64,000 bases of DNA from Blastocatellia bacterium (lineage in GTDB: Bacteria; Acidobacteriota; Blastocatellia; RBC074), in contig JANRKY010000294.1 in the NCBI GenBank assembly GCA_033763135.1, positions 2,613-66,612 on the forward strand, in the 5' to 3' direction. Positions 11,657 through 22,677 of this stretch are shown piece after piece; the stretch's first letter is position 1, and each line of letters opens with the position of its first letter. Made by a program: the position numbers and the translations under genes. A model generated the notes under the pieces. It saw only the letters and a program-made list of their open reading frames with translations, made no database searches and was not told the DNA's origin.

Positions 11657-12946
11657 ATGAGTCAATCATCAAAAAAGCTGGGGCTTGTAACGCTGACCAG
11701 CCTGGTCATCGCCAATATGATCGGCGCCGGCGTCTTTACGACGTCGGGCTTTGCGCTGGCTGATCTGGGGTCGCCCAAGTGGGTCATGGCGGGCTGGCTG
11801 GTCGGCGGATTGATCGCGTTGTGCGGTGCGCTCAGTTACGGCGGGCTCGTGCGCCATTTGACCGAATCGGGCGGTGAATACCTTTTTCTCGCCCGCTTCA
11901 TTCATCCCGTCGTCGGCTTTCTGGCCGGCTGGGTTTCGCTGCTCGCGGGCTTTACCGGCGCAACAGCGTTCGCGGCGTTGGGATTGGAAACCTATTTGTC
12001 ATTCTTGCGACCGGCGTGGTTGCCATCGGGCGCGATTGCAATTGCGGTCGTCTTGCTGTTCACCGCATTGCATAGCTTTCGCGTATCGCTTGGCGCGGCT
12101 GCGCAAAACGCCAGCGTGCTGCTCAAGCTTTCGCTGCTGGTCGTGTTCCTCGTGATCGTATTCTTTTCGCCTCCGGTCAGCGCCGCGCCGCATCCCGTCG
12201 CGCCATTCTCGCTGCTGGCGTTTGCCGGCTCGCTTGTGTGGGTTTCCTTGAGCTATTCAGGCTTTAACGCGGCCATCTATATCGCGGGCGAAGCCGAAGA
12301 CGCCCGGCGCAACGTGCCGCGCGCGCTGTGGCTGGGCGCCCTGATCACGATGGTTTTCTATCTCGCGTTGAATGCGGTGTTTGTCTATCTGCCGCCCTTT
12401 CAAACCGTCGTCGGCCAACCCGACGTGGCCGCCGCCGCGGCGCAGGCGATCGGCGGCGACAAGCTGGCGGCGTTCATTCGCGTGATCATCGCGCTGGCGC
12501 TCTTCACTTCGGTCTCTTCGATGATCATGGCCGGGCCGCGCGTATACGCGCGCATGGCCAGCGACGGCGTCTTTCCGCGCGTGTTCCGCTTTACGGGCGA
12601 AGTCCCGCGCGCCGCCATCCTGCTGCAATCGGCGCTCGTCATTCTCGTGATTCTCGTCTCGAGTTTGAAGGGCCTGCTCGGTTATCTCGGCTTGACGCTC
12701 TCCCTTTGCACCGCCTTGACGGTCTCTTCGATTTTTGTGGTGCGTCGCAAAGAAGCCGTGATTGTGACAGGCTATCCGTTCACGCCCGTGTTGTATGTCG
12801 GCGCCGTGCTCGTGTTCGCGGCGCTCTCGCTCAAGCGCAATCCGTGGGAAATTCTCGGCACGGCGTTCACCGTCGCGAGCGGTTTGTGCGCGTATTGGCT
12901 GATCAACAGGCGGACGCCCGCGCGAAGCAGGGGCGCTCTCAGTTAG
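11657..12946 (+). CDS. APC-superfamily amino acid/polyamine permease
   Basis: 429-aa protein with about 12 TM segments. The N-terminal motif [24 protein letters not shown] is typical of APC permeases. Confidence 0.8.
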   Translation: MSQSSKKLGLVTLTSLVIANMIGAGVFTTSGFALADLGSPKWVMAGWLVGGLIALCGALSYGGLVRHLTESGGEYLFLARFIHPVVGFLAGWVSLLAGFTGATAFAALGLETYLSFLRPAWLPSGAIAIAVVLLFTALHSFRVSLGAAAQNASVLLKLSLLVVFLVIVFFSPPVSAAPHPVAPFSLLAFAGSLVWVSLSYSGFNAAIYIAGEAEDARRNVPRALWLGALITMVFYLALNAVFVYLPPFQTVVGQPDVAAAAAQAIGGDKLAAFIRVIIALALFTSVSSMIMAGPRVYARMASDGVFPRVFRFTGEVPRAAILLQSALVILVILVSSLKGLLGYLGLTLSLCTALTVSSIFVVRRKEAVIVTGYPFTPVLYVGAVLVFAALSLKRNPWEILGTAFTVASGLCAYWLINRRTPARSRGALS

Positions 12947-13031
12947 CCGCATCGCGCCTTGCTTAGCGCGGGATGTCTTTGCGTTGAGGGGCAAACTGCG
13001 GTCGTGCGGCAATGCAAGAAGGAAAAACAAC

Positions 13032-14495
13032 ATGCAAACCGTTGACGCTCGCCTGGTGAGACGCACATTCGTCAGGCTCGATTTTCTGGCGTTCTGTCTG
13101 GTGCTGGTCTTCGCGGCGGGCCGCGCCGATGCGCAGTGGACGCAGTTTCGCGGACCGAACGGGGCCGGGGTCGGCGCGGCCGCGGAATATCCCGTCGAGT
13201 TTTCGCCCGCCAAAAACATGGCCTGGAAAGCGTCGGTTCCCTATGGGCAGTCTTCGCCGGTGGTGGTCGGAACCCGGTTGTACGGCACGGCGAGCGAGGG
13301 CGATCGTCTGATCACATTCTGTCTGGACACGCGGACGGGCCGGGAGGTATGGCGTCGGGAGGCCCGTCGCGAGCGGGCGCTCGAAATCTACAAGGCGAAC
13401 GATCCCGCCTCGCCGACGCCGGCGGCGGATGAACGCGGCGTCGTGGTCTTTTTTCCGGAACTGGGGTTGATCTCATACGACACCGACGGGAAGACGCGCT
13501 GGATCCATCGCCTGGGCCCCTTCAATAATTTCTACGGAATGGCGGGGTCGCCGATCATCGCCGACGGACTGGTTGTGCTGGTCTGCGATCAGCTGGCGAA
13601 GGCGTTTGTCATCGCGCTCGATCGGGGGACGGGGCGGCAGCGATGGCGGGCGGAGCGGCCGGGCGTGCCGCTCGGCTGGTCGACGCCGATGATCTTTCGA
13701 CCGGACGGGGCGCGAGCGGATTTGATTGTGCTCGGTTCCTCGCGGCTCGACGCGTACGATCTCGCGTCCGGCGCCCCCCGCTGGTGGTTGCCGATCGCGT
13801 CGAGCGGATCGATGGGTACGCCGCTGGCGAACGGTGACACGCTGCTCGTCTCCACGCTGGGCAGCAATGAGCCGTGGGCGCCGACCTTCGCGTCGACGCT
13901 GTCGAAATACGACAAGGACAAGGACGGACGCCTCACGTCGGCCGAGTTCCGCGGCGACCCCGATCTCGGGAAGCATTTCGGCTGGATCGATGAAAACGAC
14001 GACAAGTTCATTGTCGTCGAGGAATGGGACAAGATGCGGGCGTTCGATGTGGGGGAATGGGGCGCGATCGCCGTCCGGCCCGGCAACGCGCGGGGCGCGC
14101 TCGAACCGGCTGCGGTTCGCTGGCGCTTTCAGAAGAATATCCCGTATGTTCCCACGCCGCTGCTCTATCAAGGGATCTATTATCTGGTGAAGACCGGCGG
14201 CATCGTCACCTCGCTCGATCCCGCGACCGGTCGCCTGTTGAAACAGGGCCGGAGCCCCGGTGCGCTCGGCGAATACAATGCCTCTCCCGTCGCCGCGGAC
14301 GGCAGGATCTTTCTGGCAAGCGCCGAAGGCAAGATCACCGTTCTCAAAGCCGGCGCCGAGTGGGACGTGCTCGCCGTCAACGACATCGGCGACGAGATCA
14401 GCGCCACCCCCGCCCTGAGCGAGGGAAGCGTCTTTGTCCGAACGCGCACGACGCTCTATTGCTTCCGCAGCGCTCTCCGAAAGACAGATCCTTGA
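13032..14495 (+). CDS. PQQ-like (BamB-like) beta-propeller repeat protein with an inserted EF-hand pair, Sec signal
   Basis: Signal [18 protein letters not shown] followed by [11 protein letters not shown], a typical N-terminus for this family. Repeated propeller blades. Two EF-hand loops are present, [12 protein letters not shown] and [12 protein letters not shown]. Confidence 0.75.
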   Translation: MQTVDARLVRRTFVRLDFLAFCLVLVFAAGRADAQWTQFRGPNGAGVGAAAEYPVEFSPAKNMAWKASVPYGQSSPVVVGTRLYGTASEGDRLITFCLDTRTGREVWRREARRERALEIYKANDPASPTPAADERGVVVFFPELGLISYDTDGKTRWIHRLGPFNNFYGMAGSPIIADGLVVLVCDQLAKAFVIALDRGTGRQRWRAERPGVPLGWSTPMIFRPDGARADLIVLGSSRLDAYDLASGAPRWWLPIASSGSMGTPLANGDTLLVSTLGSNEPWAPTFASTLSKYDKDKDGRLTSAEFRGDPDLGKHFGWIDENDDKFIVVEEWDKMRAFDVGEWGAIAVRPGNARGALEPAAVRWRFQKNIPYVPTPLLYQGIYYLVKTGGIVTSLDPATGRLLKQGRSPGALGEYNASPVAADGRIFLASAEGKITVLKAGAEWDVLAVNDIGDEISATPALSEGSVFVRTRTTLYCFRSALRKTDP

Positions 14496-14612
14496 TCGCA
14501 GCTTTTTGCGTGTGCACGCGCTCCGTCTGCGCGCGCCGGGCCCGGCCCGATCGATCCTGATCGGGGCGGCATCCGGCTGGAGCGCGGTCCGGGGGCGCGG
14601 CGCGCCAGCGAT

Positions 14613-14640
14613 CGTCGCATGTAGTACCGCGTTTACGCGG
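14613..14640. repeat. Solo arm related to the 39386-39455 palindrome
   Basis: Shares the 13-mer CGTCGCATGTAGT with 39383-39395, followed by a different small hairpin (CCGCG TTTA CGCGG). Confidence 0.4.
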
Positions 14641-14774
14641 CTGCGTGCGCCATCAGGCCGATATTCGCAGACGGACTCATAAAGAATAGCCTTGCGTCAC
14701 GGGCGCCTGACGGCGAGACGGGGACGACGTGACGCGCTGTCGGCTGGTCGCGGCCCATCCGGCCCCGACCAGCG

Positions 14775-15977
14775 TCAGGGCCGTCCGTTCGTCAGCCAGT
14801 CCAGCGTGAAGCGCGCCAGCGTCAGTTGTCCGGTATACGAAGCGCTGCGCGCGGGGCTGTTGCCTTCATAGAAACAGAGGATCGTTCCATCTTTGGCCAC
14901 CGCCAGATCGGAATAGCCGCTGGGTCCCGGCTCCAGCGTCCTGATGACGGGCCAGGTGCGGCCTTCGTCGTGGCTGAGTCTGATGGAAAGATTCTTGCGG
15001 TCGCGCCCGCCGCCGGGCGTCTCCTTGCCGTCGGCGCGCGTCAGGTTGTGCGGATTGGCGAAGAGCAGCCGGCTGGGCCTGGCGCTGAACCGCACCAGAC
15101 TCGCCATGCAGATGGGGTCGATCAGTTCGTCGTGAAAGACCGGCGCGGACCACCCGGTCGCGCCGTCCCTGCTCGTCGTAACGGCGCGGCGATTGGCTTT
15201 GGAAAGACTGCGCATGTTGAGCAGCGTTCGCCCATCGTTGAGCTGCGCGACCACGGTTTCGTTCGGACTGACGAGGTCGGGCGCATCGAGCCCGATGATG
15301 TCGCCCGCGCGCCACGTTCGGCCGTGATCGTCGCTGTATATCACGGACGTCACCGACGGACCGTGTCCATTGCCCGTTTCGCCGAGCGAAAGCCAGACCG
15401 GGACGACGAGCCGCCCGTTTTTCAGCTGAATGCCATGCGCCGGGCCGGTGGCGATCACGCGCCAATTGTAGCGCGACCGAAACGCCTCGAATGTGGACGT
15501 GATTTCGACCGGCTTCGTAAACGTCCGCCCCTCGTCCTCACTGCGCATGTAAAAGCAGCGCGCATACTCCAGACAGAACAGAAAGTGAACCGCGCCGGTC
15601 TGCCGATCCGCGATCGCGACGGGATTGTTGTAAGTCACGTCATCCGGCGCGCCCTGCTTCTTTTCCAGCGCGACGGGATTGCGGCTCTTGGGGCCTTCAA
15701 CCTCGGCAATTCTGCGCGGCGCGTCCCAGGTTCTGCCATGATCGCCGCTGCGGCGCAACAGAATGTCGATCGTGCCCCAATCGCTGCCGCTGAATTTGCG
15801 CGCCTCGCAATACGCCAGCGCCGTGCCGCGCCGCGTTACGATCAGGCCCGGAATGCGATAGAGCTTGTAGCCGCCCTGGTCCGCCTCGAACAGCGCCTGC
15901 TTCTCCAAGTGCGGCCCGGGAGAGAACGCCGCCAGCGCGCCGCCGGCGACAATGAAATCTCGTCTGGTTATCTTCAT
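14775..15977 (-). CDS. Exo-alpha-sialidase (GH33, BNR/Asp-box), Tat signal
   Basis: Tat motif MKITRRDFIVAGG. RIP-type motif YRIPGL. Asp-boxes are SGDHGRTW, SDDHGRTW, SRDGATGW and SHDEGRTW. Confidence 0.85.
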   Translation of the reverse strand: MKITRRDFIVAGGALAAFSPGPHLEKQALFEADQGGYKLYRIPGLIVTRRGTALAYCEARKFSGSDWGTIDILLRRSGDHGRTWDAPRRIAEVEGPKSRNPVALEKKQGAPDDVTYNNPVAIADRQTGAVHFLFCLEYARCFYMRSEDEGRTFTKPVEITSTFEAFRSRYNWRVIATGPAHGIQLKNGRLVVPVWLSLGETGNGHGPSVTSVIYSDDHGRTWRAGDIIGLDAPDLVSPNETVVAQLNDGRTLLNMRSLSKANRRAVTTSRDGATGWSAPVFHDELIDPICMASLVRFSARPSRLLFANPHNLTRADGKETPGGGRDRKNLSIRLSHDEGRTWPVIRTLEPGPSGYSDLAVAKDGTILCFYEGNSPARSASYTGQLTLARFTLDWLTNGRP

Positions 15978-16043
15978 CAGTTCGCAATGTACGTCGGAGA
16001 ATCCCCGCAACGCGAATGGAATGCCGCGACGGGCGGATCAAAC

Positions 16044-17354
16044 TCATTTCACGACGAAACGCGGCTTGTGCGCGTTCATCTCCTGATCCCACGCCGTCAG
16101 CTTGGCGCGCAGCTCTTTTACCTTGTCCTGCCGTTCATAATACAGGTTCCGGCGTTCGCCGGGATCGCGGTCGAGATCAAAGAGCAGCAGCCCCACGCTG
16201 GTGGCTTGCGTGACCAGTTTCCAGTTGCCGGAGCGAATCGCCTGTTGCCGAAAACCTGCGCGATCGATGCGCCAGCACAGGGTGCGGTCCTGCGCAGGTT
16301 GTCTGCCCTGCAGCACGGGCAACAGGTCGATGCCGTCGAGCTGCCGTTCGGGCCTGACCCCCGCTGCCGCAAGGATCGTCGCCGTCCAATCCATCGTGAT
16401 GGCCACCTGATTCGAGACTTTGCCCCTGGGCAGCGCCGCGGGCCAGCGCGCCAGCCCGGGCACGTGAATGCCGCCTTCCCACAACGTTCCCTTCGTATTG
16501 AAATACGGCCCCATATCCGACAGCCGTTCGCCGCCGTTGTCGCTGGTAAAGACCACCAGCGTGTCTTTCGCGATGCCCATCTGATCGAGCGTGTTCAGCA
16601 CCTGCCCGACGGAACTGTCGATGTTCTGCATCATCTCGATGTAATCGGCCCGCGTGCCGTCGAACCAGGTCGCTTTCGTGCGCACCATGTCCGGCCGATT
16701 CGGGCGCTGGAACGGCCAATGCACCGAGTTGAACGCGAGGTACAAAAAGAACGGCTTCTCTTTTTGCCGCTTCACGAAATCCACGGAACGTCTGGTGATA
16801 TGATCGGTCAGGAAGCCCTCGACAAACGTCTCCTGCTCCTGTTCCCGCAGATCGTGTTCGCCGTTGTTTTCCTTGTGGGAATAATGATCTACGTTGCCGC
16901 TGAGAATGCCGAAGAATTCATCGAAGCCATGCGCGTTCGGCGAAAATTCGGGCTTGTAGCCCAGATGCCACTTGCCCATCAACGCCGTCGCGTAGCCGTT
17001 GTTCTTCAGCATCCGCGCGATCGATGTCTCTTCAACCGGCAAGCCCGGTTCTTTCACGCCGGGGCCGAACGCCCACTCGAGGCCTACGCGTTGTTGATAC
17101 CGCCCGGTGATGAACCCGGCGCGCGTCGGCGTGCAGACGGGGCCGTTGGAATAGGCTTGTGTGAGTTTGACGCCCTCCCGGGCGAGCCGGTCGATGTTTG
17201 GCGTGCGAATGTCCCTGGAGCCATAGCTGCTCAAGTCGGCATAGCCCATGTCGTCCACCAGGATGAAGATGACATTGGGTTTGCGCGTCGGCTGCGCGAG
17301 CGCGGACCAGCAGAGCAACGACAGAGCGACGAATTGGAACGCGATGGTTTTCAT
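16044..17354 (-). CDS. Formylglycine-dependent sulfatase (arylsulfatase family)
   Basis: Signal peptide, ILVDDMGYADL and the C-x-P-x-R motif CTPTRAGFITGR. Confidence 0.9.
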   Translation of the reverse strand: MKTIAFQFVALSLLCWSALAQPTRKPNVIFILVDDMGYADLSSYGSRDIRTPNIDRLAREGVKLTQAYSNGPVCTPTRAGFITGRYQQRVGLEWAFGPGVKEPGLPVEETSIARMLKNNGYATALMGKWHLGYKPEFSPNAHGFDEFFGILSGNVDHYSHKENNGEHDLREQEQETFVEGFLTDHITRRSVDFVKRQKEKPFFLYLAFNSVHWPFQRPNRPDMVRTKATWFDGTRADYIEMMQNIDSSVGQVLNTLDQMGIAKDTLVVFTSDNGGERLSDMGPYFNTKGTLWEGGIHVPGLARWPAALPRGKVSNQVAITMDWTATILAAAGVRPERQLDGIDLLPVLQGRQPAQDRTLCWRIDRAGFRQQAIRSGNWKLVTQATSVGLLLFDLDRDPGERRNLYYERQDKVKELRAKLTAWDQEMNAHKPRFVVK

Positions 17355-18772
17355 TTGGAGATGCGTTGATCGAGTTGATTTTTCACCGGAGGGATCGCTT
17401 TCTTATGCGCATCCGCAAGGCGTTGAATTTCGGCGATGACGTCGGGATGCTGCGCCGCGACATTCCATTTTTCCGAGGGGTCCTGATCGAGATTGTAAAG
17501 CTCGGGCGTCGCGTGCGTGACCGCCGGTTCGCCGCCATATTCGGATTTCGTGATGAAATGCGCCTTGAACGAGCCATGCCGCACGGCATACAGTTGCGAG
17601 CCGCGCCAATAAAACATCGTTTTGCGCGGGCCTCGGCCCTTGCCGTGCAAGACGCCGCTCAAATCGAATCCATCCAACACACGGTCTGACGGCGCCGCCG
17701 CGCCCGCCAATGCACAGAACGTCGGCAGCAGATCCAGAGTCGAGCCGATGTCGGTGATCACGCCAGGCTTGATCGCGCCGGGCTGCCAGATGATCGTCGG
17801 CTCGCGCATTCCGCCTTCATACGTGCCGCCTTTCGCGCCGCGCAACAGGCCCGCCGACCCGCCTTGTTCATCAAATAACGCCCACGGGCCGTTGTCGCTG
17901 GTGAAAACGACCAGCGTATTTCTGTCGAGCCTCATCTGCCGCAGTGTTTCGAGCAGGCGCCCCACGTTGGCGTCCAGCTCTTCGATCACGTCGCCATACA
18001 ACCCGCGCGCGCTCTTGCCTTCGAACTCTTTCGAACGAAACAGCGGCATGTGCGGCATCGAATGCGCGAGATACAAAAAGAACGGCTTGTTCCTGTTCGT
18101 GCGGATGAACTGGATCGCTTCGTCGGTATAGCGTCTGGTGATCGTGGTCTGATCGGCGGGGCGCTCCAGCACCGTCTCGTTGCGCTGCAACGGCACGTTC
18201 CAATATTCGCGCTTCGGGGTTTTCATCAGATTGATGTATTCCGCCCGGGTGCTGAACTTGAAGGTCGCATCCATATCGTTCGAATAGGGAATGCCAAAAT
18301 AGGAATCGAAGCCCTGTCTCATCGGCAGATATTCCGGTTGCCAGCCGAGATGCCATTTGCCGATGGCCGCCGTGGCGTAGCCGCGCGTTTTCAACGCCTC
18401 GGCAATCGTGATCTCGCTCGCGGGCAACCCGCCGGTCGAATTGGGAAAGAGCACGCGATTGGTGTCTGAGAACATGCCCGTGCGAATCGGCAATCGCCCC
18501 GTCAGCAGCGCGGATCGGCTCGGGGTGCAGACCGAGTCGGCGGAATAGAAACTCGTCCAGCGCTGGCCTTCCGCCGCCATCCGATCCAGATGCGGCGTGC
18601 GAATCGTCGGATTGCCGAAACTGCCCAGGTCGCCATAGCCCAGATCGTCGCAAAAGATCACGACGAAGTTCTGCGGTCGCTTGCTGGTTTGCGCCGTGCC
18701 TGGGCCGAACGATGCCGCGCACCCAAGCAGCACCACGATGATTGTCGAGAGGCATTTCATAATGGAACTCAT
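17351..18772 (-). CDS. Formylglycine-dependent sulfatase (arylsulfatase / GalNAc-6-sulfatase-like)
   Basis: Signal peptide, IFCDDLGYGDL and CTPSRSALLTGR. A 4-nt ATGA overlap links it to the downstream sulfatase. Confidence 0.9.
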   Translation of the reverse strand: MSSIMKCLSTIIVVLLGCAASFGPGTAQTSKRPQNFVVIFCDDLGYGDLGSFGNPTIRTPHLDRMAAEGQRWTSFYSADSVCTPSRSALLTGRLPIRTGMFSDTNRVLFPNSTGGLPASEITIAEALKTRGYATAAIGKWHLGWQPEYLPMRQGFDSYFGIPYSNDMDATFKFSTRAEYINLMKTPKREYWNVPLQRNETVLERPADQTTITRRYTDEAIQFIRTNRNKPFFLYLAHSMPHMPLFRSKEFEGKSARGLYGDVIEELDANVGRLLETLRQMRLDRNTLVVFTSDNGPWALFDEQGGSAGLLRGAKGGTYEGGMREPTIIWQPGAIKPGVITDIGSTLDLLPTFCALAGAAAPSDRVLDGFDLSGVLHGKGRGPRKTMFYWRGSQLYAVRHGSFKAHFITKSEYGGEPAVTHATPELYNLDQDPSEKWNVAAQHPDVIAEIQRLADAHKKAIPPVKNQLDQRISK

Positions 18773-18833
18773 TCTATTGGGCCCTTCTTTATCTGCGTCT
18801 GTTCTTCTCTTCAGGTCGTAGCGATTGCGTTGA

Positions 18834-21800
18834 TCAGTAGATCAGTTTCAGCGCGAATTGCACGACGCGAGGCTGGTTGGATTGCGCGTTGACCTGGCCG
18901 AACGCCGCGCTGCCGAACGCCGTATTCGGCGGGGCGAAGCGCACGGTGTTGGTCAGATTGAAAAATTCCGCGCGAAATTGCAGGCGCAGGCTTTCATGCA
19001 GCGTCGTGTTCTTTACGACTGAAAAATCCACGCCCGCCAGCCCATCGCTGCGCACGCTGCCGAGCGAACGGGGCGCGCTGCCGAACGTGTACGCCGCCGG
19101 CGCCGCAAACGCGGCCGTATTGAACCATCGCGTCAACGTGCGCTCCCCATCCGCCAACACGGGATTGCCCACCAGATTGGGACGCTGCCCGCCGCCTTGT
19201 GCGAAGGTCGTATTCGTGGCGCTCGAAAACGCCAGCGGGCCGCCTGATTGATAGGTGTAGATCGCCGACATCTCCCAGCCATTCAGGACCGCTCCGGCAG
19301 CGCCGGTGGGATTCAACTTGTGCCCCGGACCGAATGGGAGGGCGTACAGACCATTGACCACCAGCCGATGCGGGGCGTCCAGCGCCGACAGCGAACGATC
19401 CGCGCGAAGATTGTTGGTGTTCTGGAAGCCGGCGTTGCTCAGCGTTTCGCCCGCAAACCCGCCCGTCGTCAGATCAATCAGTTTTGAAAAGGTGTACGAA
19501 CCAGTCAGCGTCAGCCCTTTGCTGAAGCGGCGCTGCAATGACGCGACCATTGCGTGATAGTTCGACGACGCGAACGCGGCGTTCACCGAGACGACCGAAA
19601 GATAATGCGGAAACGGCCGCAGCAATTGCGCGCGCGTAATGTTCGCCGCCGCCAGGGCGCCCGTGGTGATCTGTCCGGCAAAGGGATTCGGGACGGTCTG
19701 CCGAAGCGTGTCGCCGAGCGCCAGCGCCGAATCGGGCAATTGATTCAGCTCCCGGTCCTGCTGCAGCTTCAGGCCGCGATTGCCCGCATATCCCACTTCC
19801 GCGAGCAGCCCGCCGGGCAGTTCGCGCTGCAGATTCAGGTTCCATTGCGCCGAATAGGACTGGCGAAGATTGCGATCCGTAAAGCGAATCGCCTGTCCCA
19901 GCAGCGTCGCGGGGCCAAGACGGCTGCCCGTTGGTTGATTGATGCCGGTCGGATACGGATTGTCGAGAAAGTTGAGCGGCGTGACGCCATTGAGGCTTGT
20001 CACCATCGCGGTTGCCGCCTCAAAGCCCGAGACGCCGAATGCGCCCGACGCGCCGCCGACGCCCGTCATCGCGGCGTAAAAGAGCCCGCCCCCGCCGCGG
20101 ATGACGGTCTTGGGCGCGACATTCCAGGCGAAGCCAAAACGCGGCGCAACGTTGTTGCGATCCGGATTCCACTGCTCGCGCGCGTTGCCGTTGACGCCGA
20201 CAAACGACAATGCCCCCTTCAGGTTCAGCCCCGCGGCCGTCAACGGCGGCGTTGCGTTGAAATCGAAATTCGTCAGCTGGTTGTATCGCTCCGTGCGCGG
20301 CGATTCGTATTCATACCGGAGGCCGAGATTGAGCGTCAGCTTGTTGGTCAGCTTCCAGTCATCCTGCAGATAGCCGCCGTAATATTTCACCTGCATCGCC
20401 ATGGACGCCGCGCGGCTGTAGCTGCCCGCGCCGATGCCGAGCATGAAGGAGGCAAAGCCAAATCCCGTATTGGCCGCCGCCGCGGCCGTCGGATTCGGCC
20501 CTTGCGTGAAGTTTTGCGCGAACGAGAAATTGATTGCGGTGTCGCCGAATTGCCAATAGTTCGGGCGCAGCAAGCGCGTCTCGCCGCCGAATTTCAGCGT
20601 GTGACGCGAAAGCGTCTTGGTGAGCGAGCCCACCCATGAAGCCGTGTTGTCGCCGAAGCTGATGAGATCGCTGCCGCCCAGCAGGTTCGCTGTGCCCGCG
20701 TTGGGGACGCTGAATGAGCCGCCCATGCCCGCGACCGTGATGGTCGGGAACGATTCGGGAATGAGCTGGGGCTTCAACGCCGCCGGCAAGCCCAGCGTCG
20801 TGATGTCAAAGCCGCTGCTGAACGGGCGGCGATTGTTCTCCAGCCGCGTGAAGCTGAAGAGAAAACTGCCCACCAGCGTCGGCGTGAACGTCACGTTGTA
20901 ATCCAAACCGAAGTTGCGCCGCTTGAAGACCTGTCCGCCGAACGTCGGCGAGGCGATGTTGCCGTAATAGTTCGGGCGACTGATCGGCGTGTTGTCGTAA
21001 TTGAAGCGTCCGCTCAGCCGCTGGCGCTCGTTCAACTGATGATCGAGCCGCACGGAGAACGTGTCTTTGCTGATGCGATTGGCCGAGGAGGTGACGAAGT
21101 TGCCGACGGCGGTGTTGGCGTTGCCGGTCGCGTTGGGCAGCGGAATGAAATCGAGCATCTTCGCAAAGACTGGATTGAAGCGATTGCGCGGAATCACATT
21201 GCCGGGAAACGGATCGCGCAGGAATCCGCCCGCCGGATTCGCGCGCGTCGTCGCCGGATCGAAAATCGGAATCACATTGCCCGCCGCGTTGCGCGTTTGG
21301 GAGAAATCGCCCGCCCGTTGCTGAAGCGTCGGCACCGTGCCGACATAGGTGCCGCCCTGCGAAAATCGCACGCCTTCATAACTGCCGAAAAAGAAGCTGC
21401 GATTCTTGCCGTCGTATTTCGCCGGCCCAAACACGCGCTCAGGAAAATCTATCGGGCCGCCAATTGTCGCGCCGAACTGGTTGTACCGAAACGGCGGCCG
21501 TTTCAGTCCTGCGCGATTGCCGAAAAATGTATTGGCGTTGAGCACGTCGTTGCGCAGATAGTCGTATGCGGTGCCGTGGAATTCATTCGTGCCGGAGCGC
21601 GTCACGATGTTGAAAACGCCGCCGCCCGCGCGGCCGTATTGCGCGCTGAAATTGTTCGTCTCGACTTTGAATTCCTGCACGGCGTCGGGATTCACGAACA
21701 CGACCGGCTGGTTTTGCGCGGCGGCGGTGTTGGGCGCGCCATCGAGCAGATATTCGTTCTGATTGCCGCGTGCGCCGTTGATGGAAACGAAGGACTGGCT

Positions 21801-22334
21801 GATCTGGTCCACGGGCAGATCGTTCAAGCCCGCCGAGGGGCGCGCGCCGGGCACGAGCGCCACGAGCGAGTACGGATTGCGCCCGAGCAGCGGCAGATTC
21901 TGGATGCGCTGCTGGTCGACAACCTTGCCGAGCGAAGAGGTTTCGGTCTCCAGCGCGGCGGTTGCGGCGGCGGCGATATTCACCGTCTCGGATACCGCGC
22001 CCGTTTCCAGGGTGTAATCCAACCGCGCGACCTGCTCGACCTGCAGGACGACGCCGCTTTGGACGAGCGGCTTGAACCCGCTTTTCTGCAGGGTGATCTG
22101 ATACTGCCCCGGCTGCAGCAACGGCACGGTGAAGAAGCCATCGTCGTTCGTGACCGCTTCGCGTTTGAAGCCGTTGCCGACATTGGTCACCGTCACCTTG
22201 GTGTCCGGCACAACGGCTCCGGCCTGATCGGTGACGCGCCCGGTGACTTGCGCGGTCTGGGCAAGCGCGGGAAGCGCGAGGGCGAAAAACAACGTAACGA
22301 GAAAAACGCCGCGTGACCTGGATGGTTGCTTCAT
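18834..22334 (-). CDS. TonB-dependent receptor with an N-terminal CarboxypepD_reg-like domain
   Basis: 1166 aa. Signal peptide followed by QVTGRVTDQAGAVVPDTKVTVTNVGNGFKREAVTNDDGFFTVPLLQPGQYQITLQKSGFK. Plug and barrel follow, ending in the C-terminal ..FALKLIY. Confidence 0.9.
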   Translation of the reverse strand: MKQPSRSRGVFLVTLFFALALPALAQTAQVTGRVTDQAGAVVPDTKVTVTNVGNGFKREAVTNDDGFFTVPLLQPGQYQITLQKSGFKPLVQSGVVLQVEQVARLDYTLETGAVSETVNIAAAATAALETETSSLGKVVDQQRIQNLPLLGRNPYSLVALVPGARPSAGLNDLPVDQISQSFVSINGARGNQNEYLLDGAPNTAAAQNQPVVFVNPDAVQEFKVETNNFSAQYGRAGGGVFNIVTRSGTNEFHGTAYDYLRNDVLNANTFFGNRAGLKRPPFRYNQFGATIGGPIDFPERVFGPAKYDGKNRSFFFGSYEGVRFSQGGTYVGTVPTLQQRAGDFSQTRNAAGNVIPIFDPATTRANPAGGFLRDPFPGNVIPRNRFNPVFAKMLDFIPLPNATGNANTAVGNFVTSSANRISKDTFSVRLDHQLNERQRLSGRFNYDNTPISRPNYYGNIASPTFGGQVFKRRNFGLDYNVTFTPTLVGSFLFSFTRLENNRRPFSSGFDITTLGLPAALKPQLIPESFPTITVAGMGGSFSVPNAGTANLLGGSDLISFGDNTASWVGSLTKTLSRHTLKFGGETRLLRPNYWQFGDTAINFSFAQNFTQGPNPTAAAAANTGFGFASFMLGIGAGSYSRAASMAMQVKYYGGYLQDDWKLTNKLTLNLGLRYEYESPRTERYNQLTNFDFNATPPLTAAGLNLKGALSFVGVNGNAREQWNPDRNNVAPRFGFAWNVAPKTVIRGGGGLFYAAMTGVGGASGAFGVSGFEAATAMVTSLNGVTPLNFLDNPYPTGINQPTGSRLGPATLLGQAIRFTDRNLRQSYSAQWNLNLQRELPGGLLAEVGYAGNRGLKLQQDRELNQLPDSALALGDTLRQTVPNPFAGQITTGALAAANITRAQLLRPFPHYLSVVSVNAAFASSNYHAMVASLQRRFSKGLTLTGSYTFSKLIDLTTGGFAGETLSNAGFQNTNNLRADRSLSALDAPHRLVVNGLYALPFGPGHKLNPTGAAGAVLNGWEMSAIYTYQSGGPLAFSSATNTTFAQGGGQRPNLVGNPVLADGERTLTRWFNTAAFAAPAAYTFGSAPRSLGSVRSDGLAGVDFSVVKNTTLHESLRLQFRAEFFNLTNTVRFAPPNTAFGSAAFGQVNAQSNQPRVVQFALKLIY

Positions 22335-22677
22335 GGAGGGGCTCCTGGGTTGTCACATTTGATTGGCAAGCGTCTGCTCAAAGCTTCGCAACGCGCGTTC
22401 CCATTGCGTGAACGCGGTCAGCATCCGCTGTGCGACTTGTTGTGGAGATGCGCCGCTGTTGCCGGCAGGCACACTATATAGCGGACTCCGAAATTTAGAC
22501 AACAAAACCGGGCTGAATACGAGAATGGCGCGCACCGATTTTCCGCTCCGCCGGAAATATTTTCGCCGGATGATAATATCCGCTGTTCCGCTTCGTTTTC
22601 CTCAGTTGATGCGGCGGCAACGGCTCCAGCCGGATGTCGCATCGCGGCTGAATCGCTGATGATCAGAAGGAGAGAGT

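Noticed and set aside
14826-17369. 847-aa ORF antisense to the sialidase and first sulfatase
   Set aside because: It spans two independently well-supported minus-strand genes and their intergenic gap. Composition is Arg/Ala/Gly-rich with no motifs.
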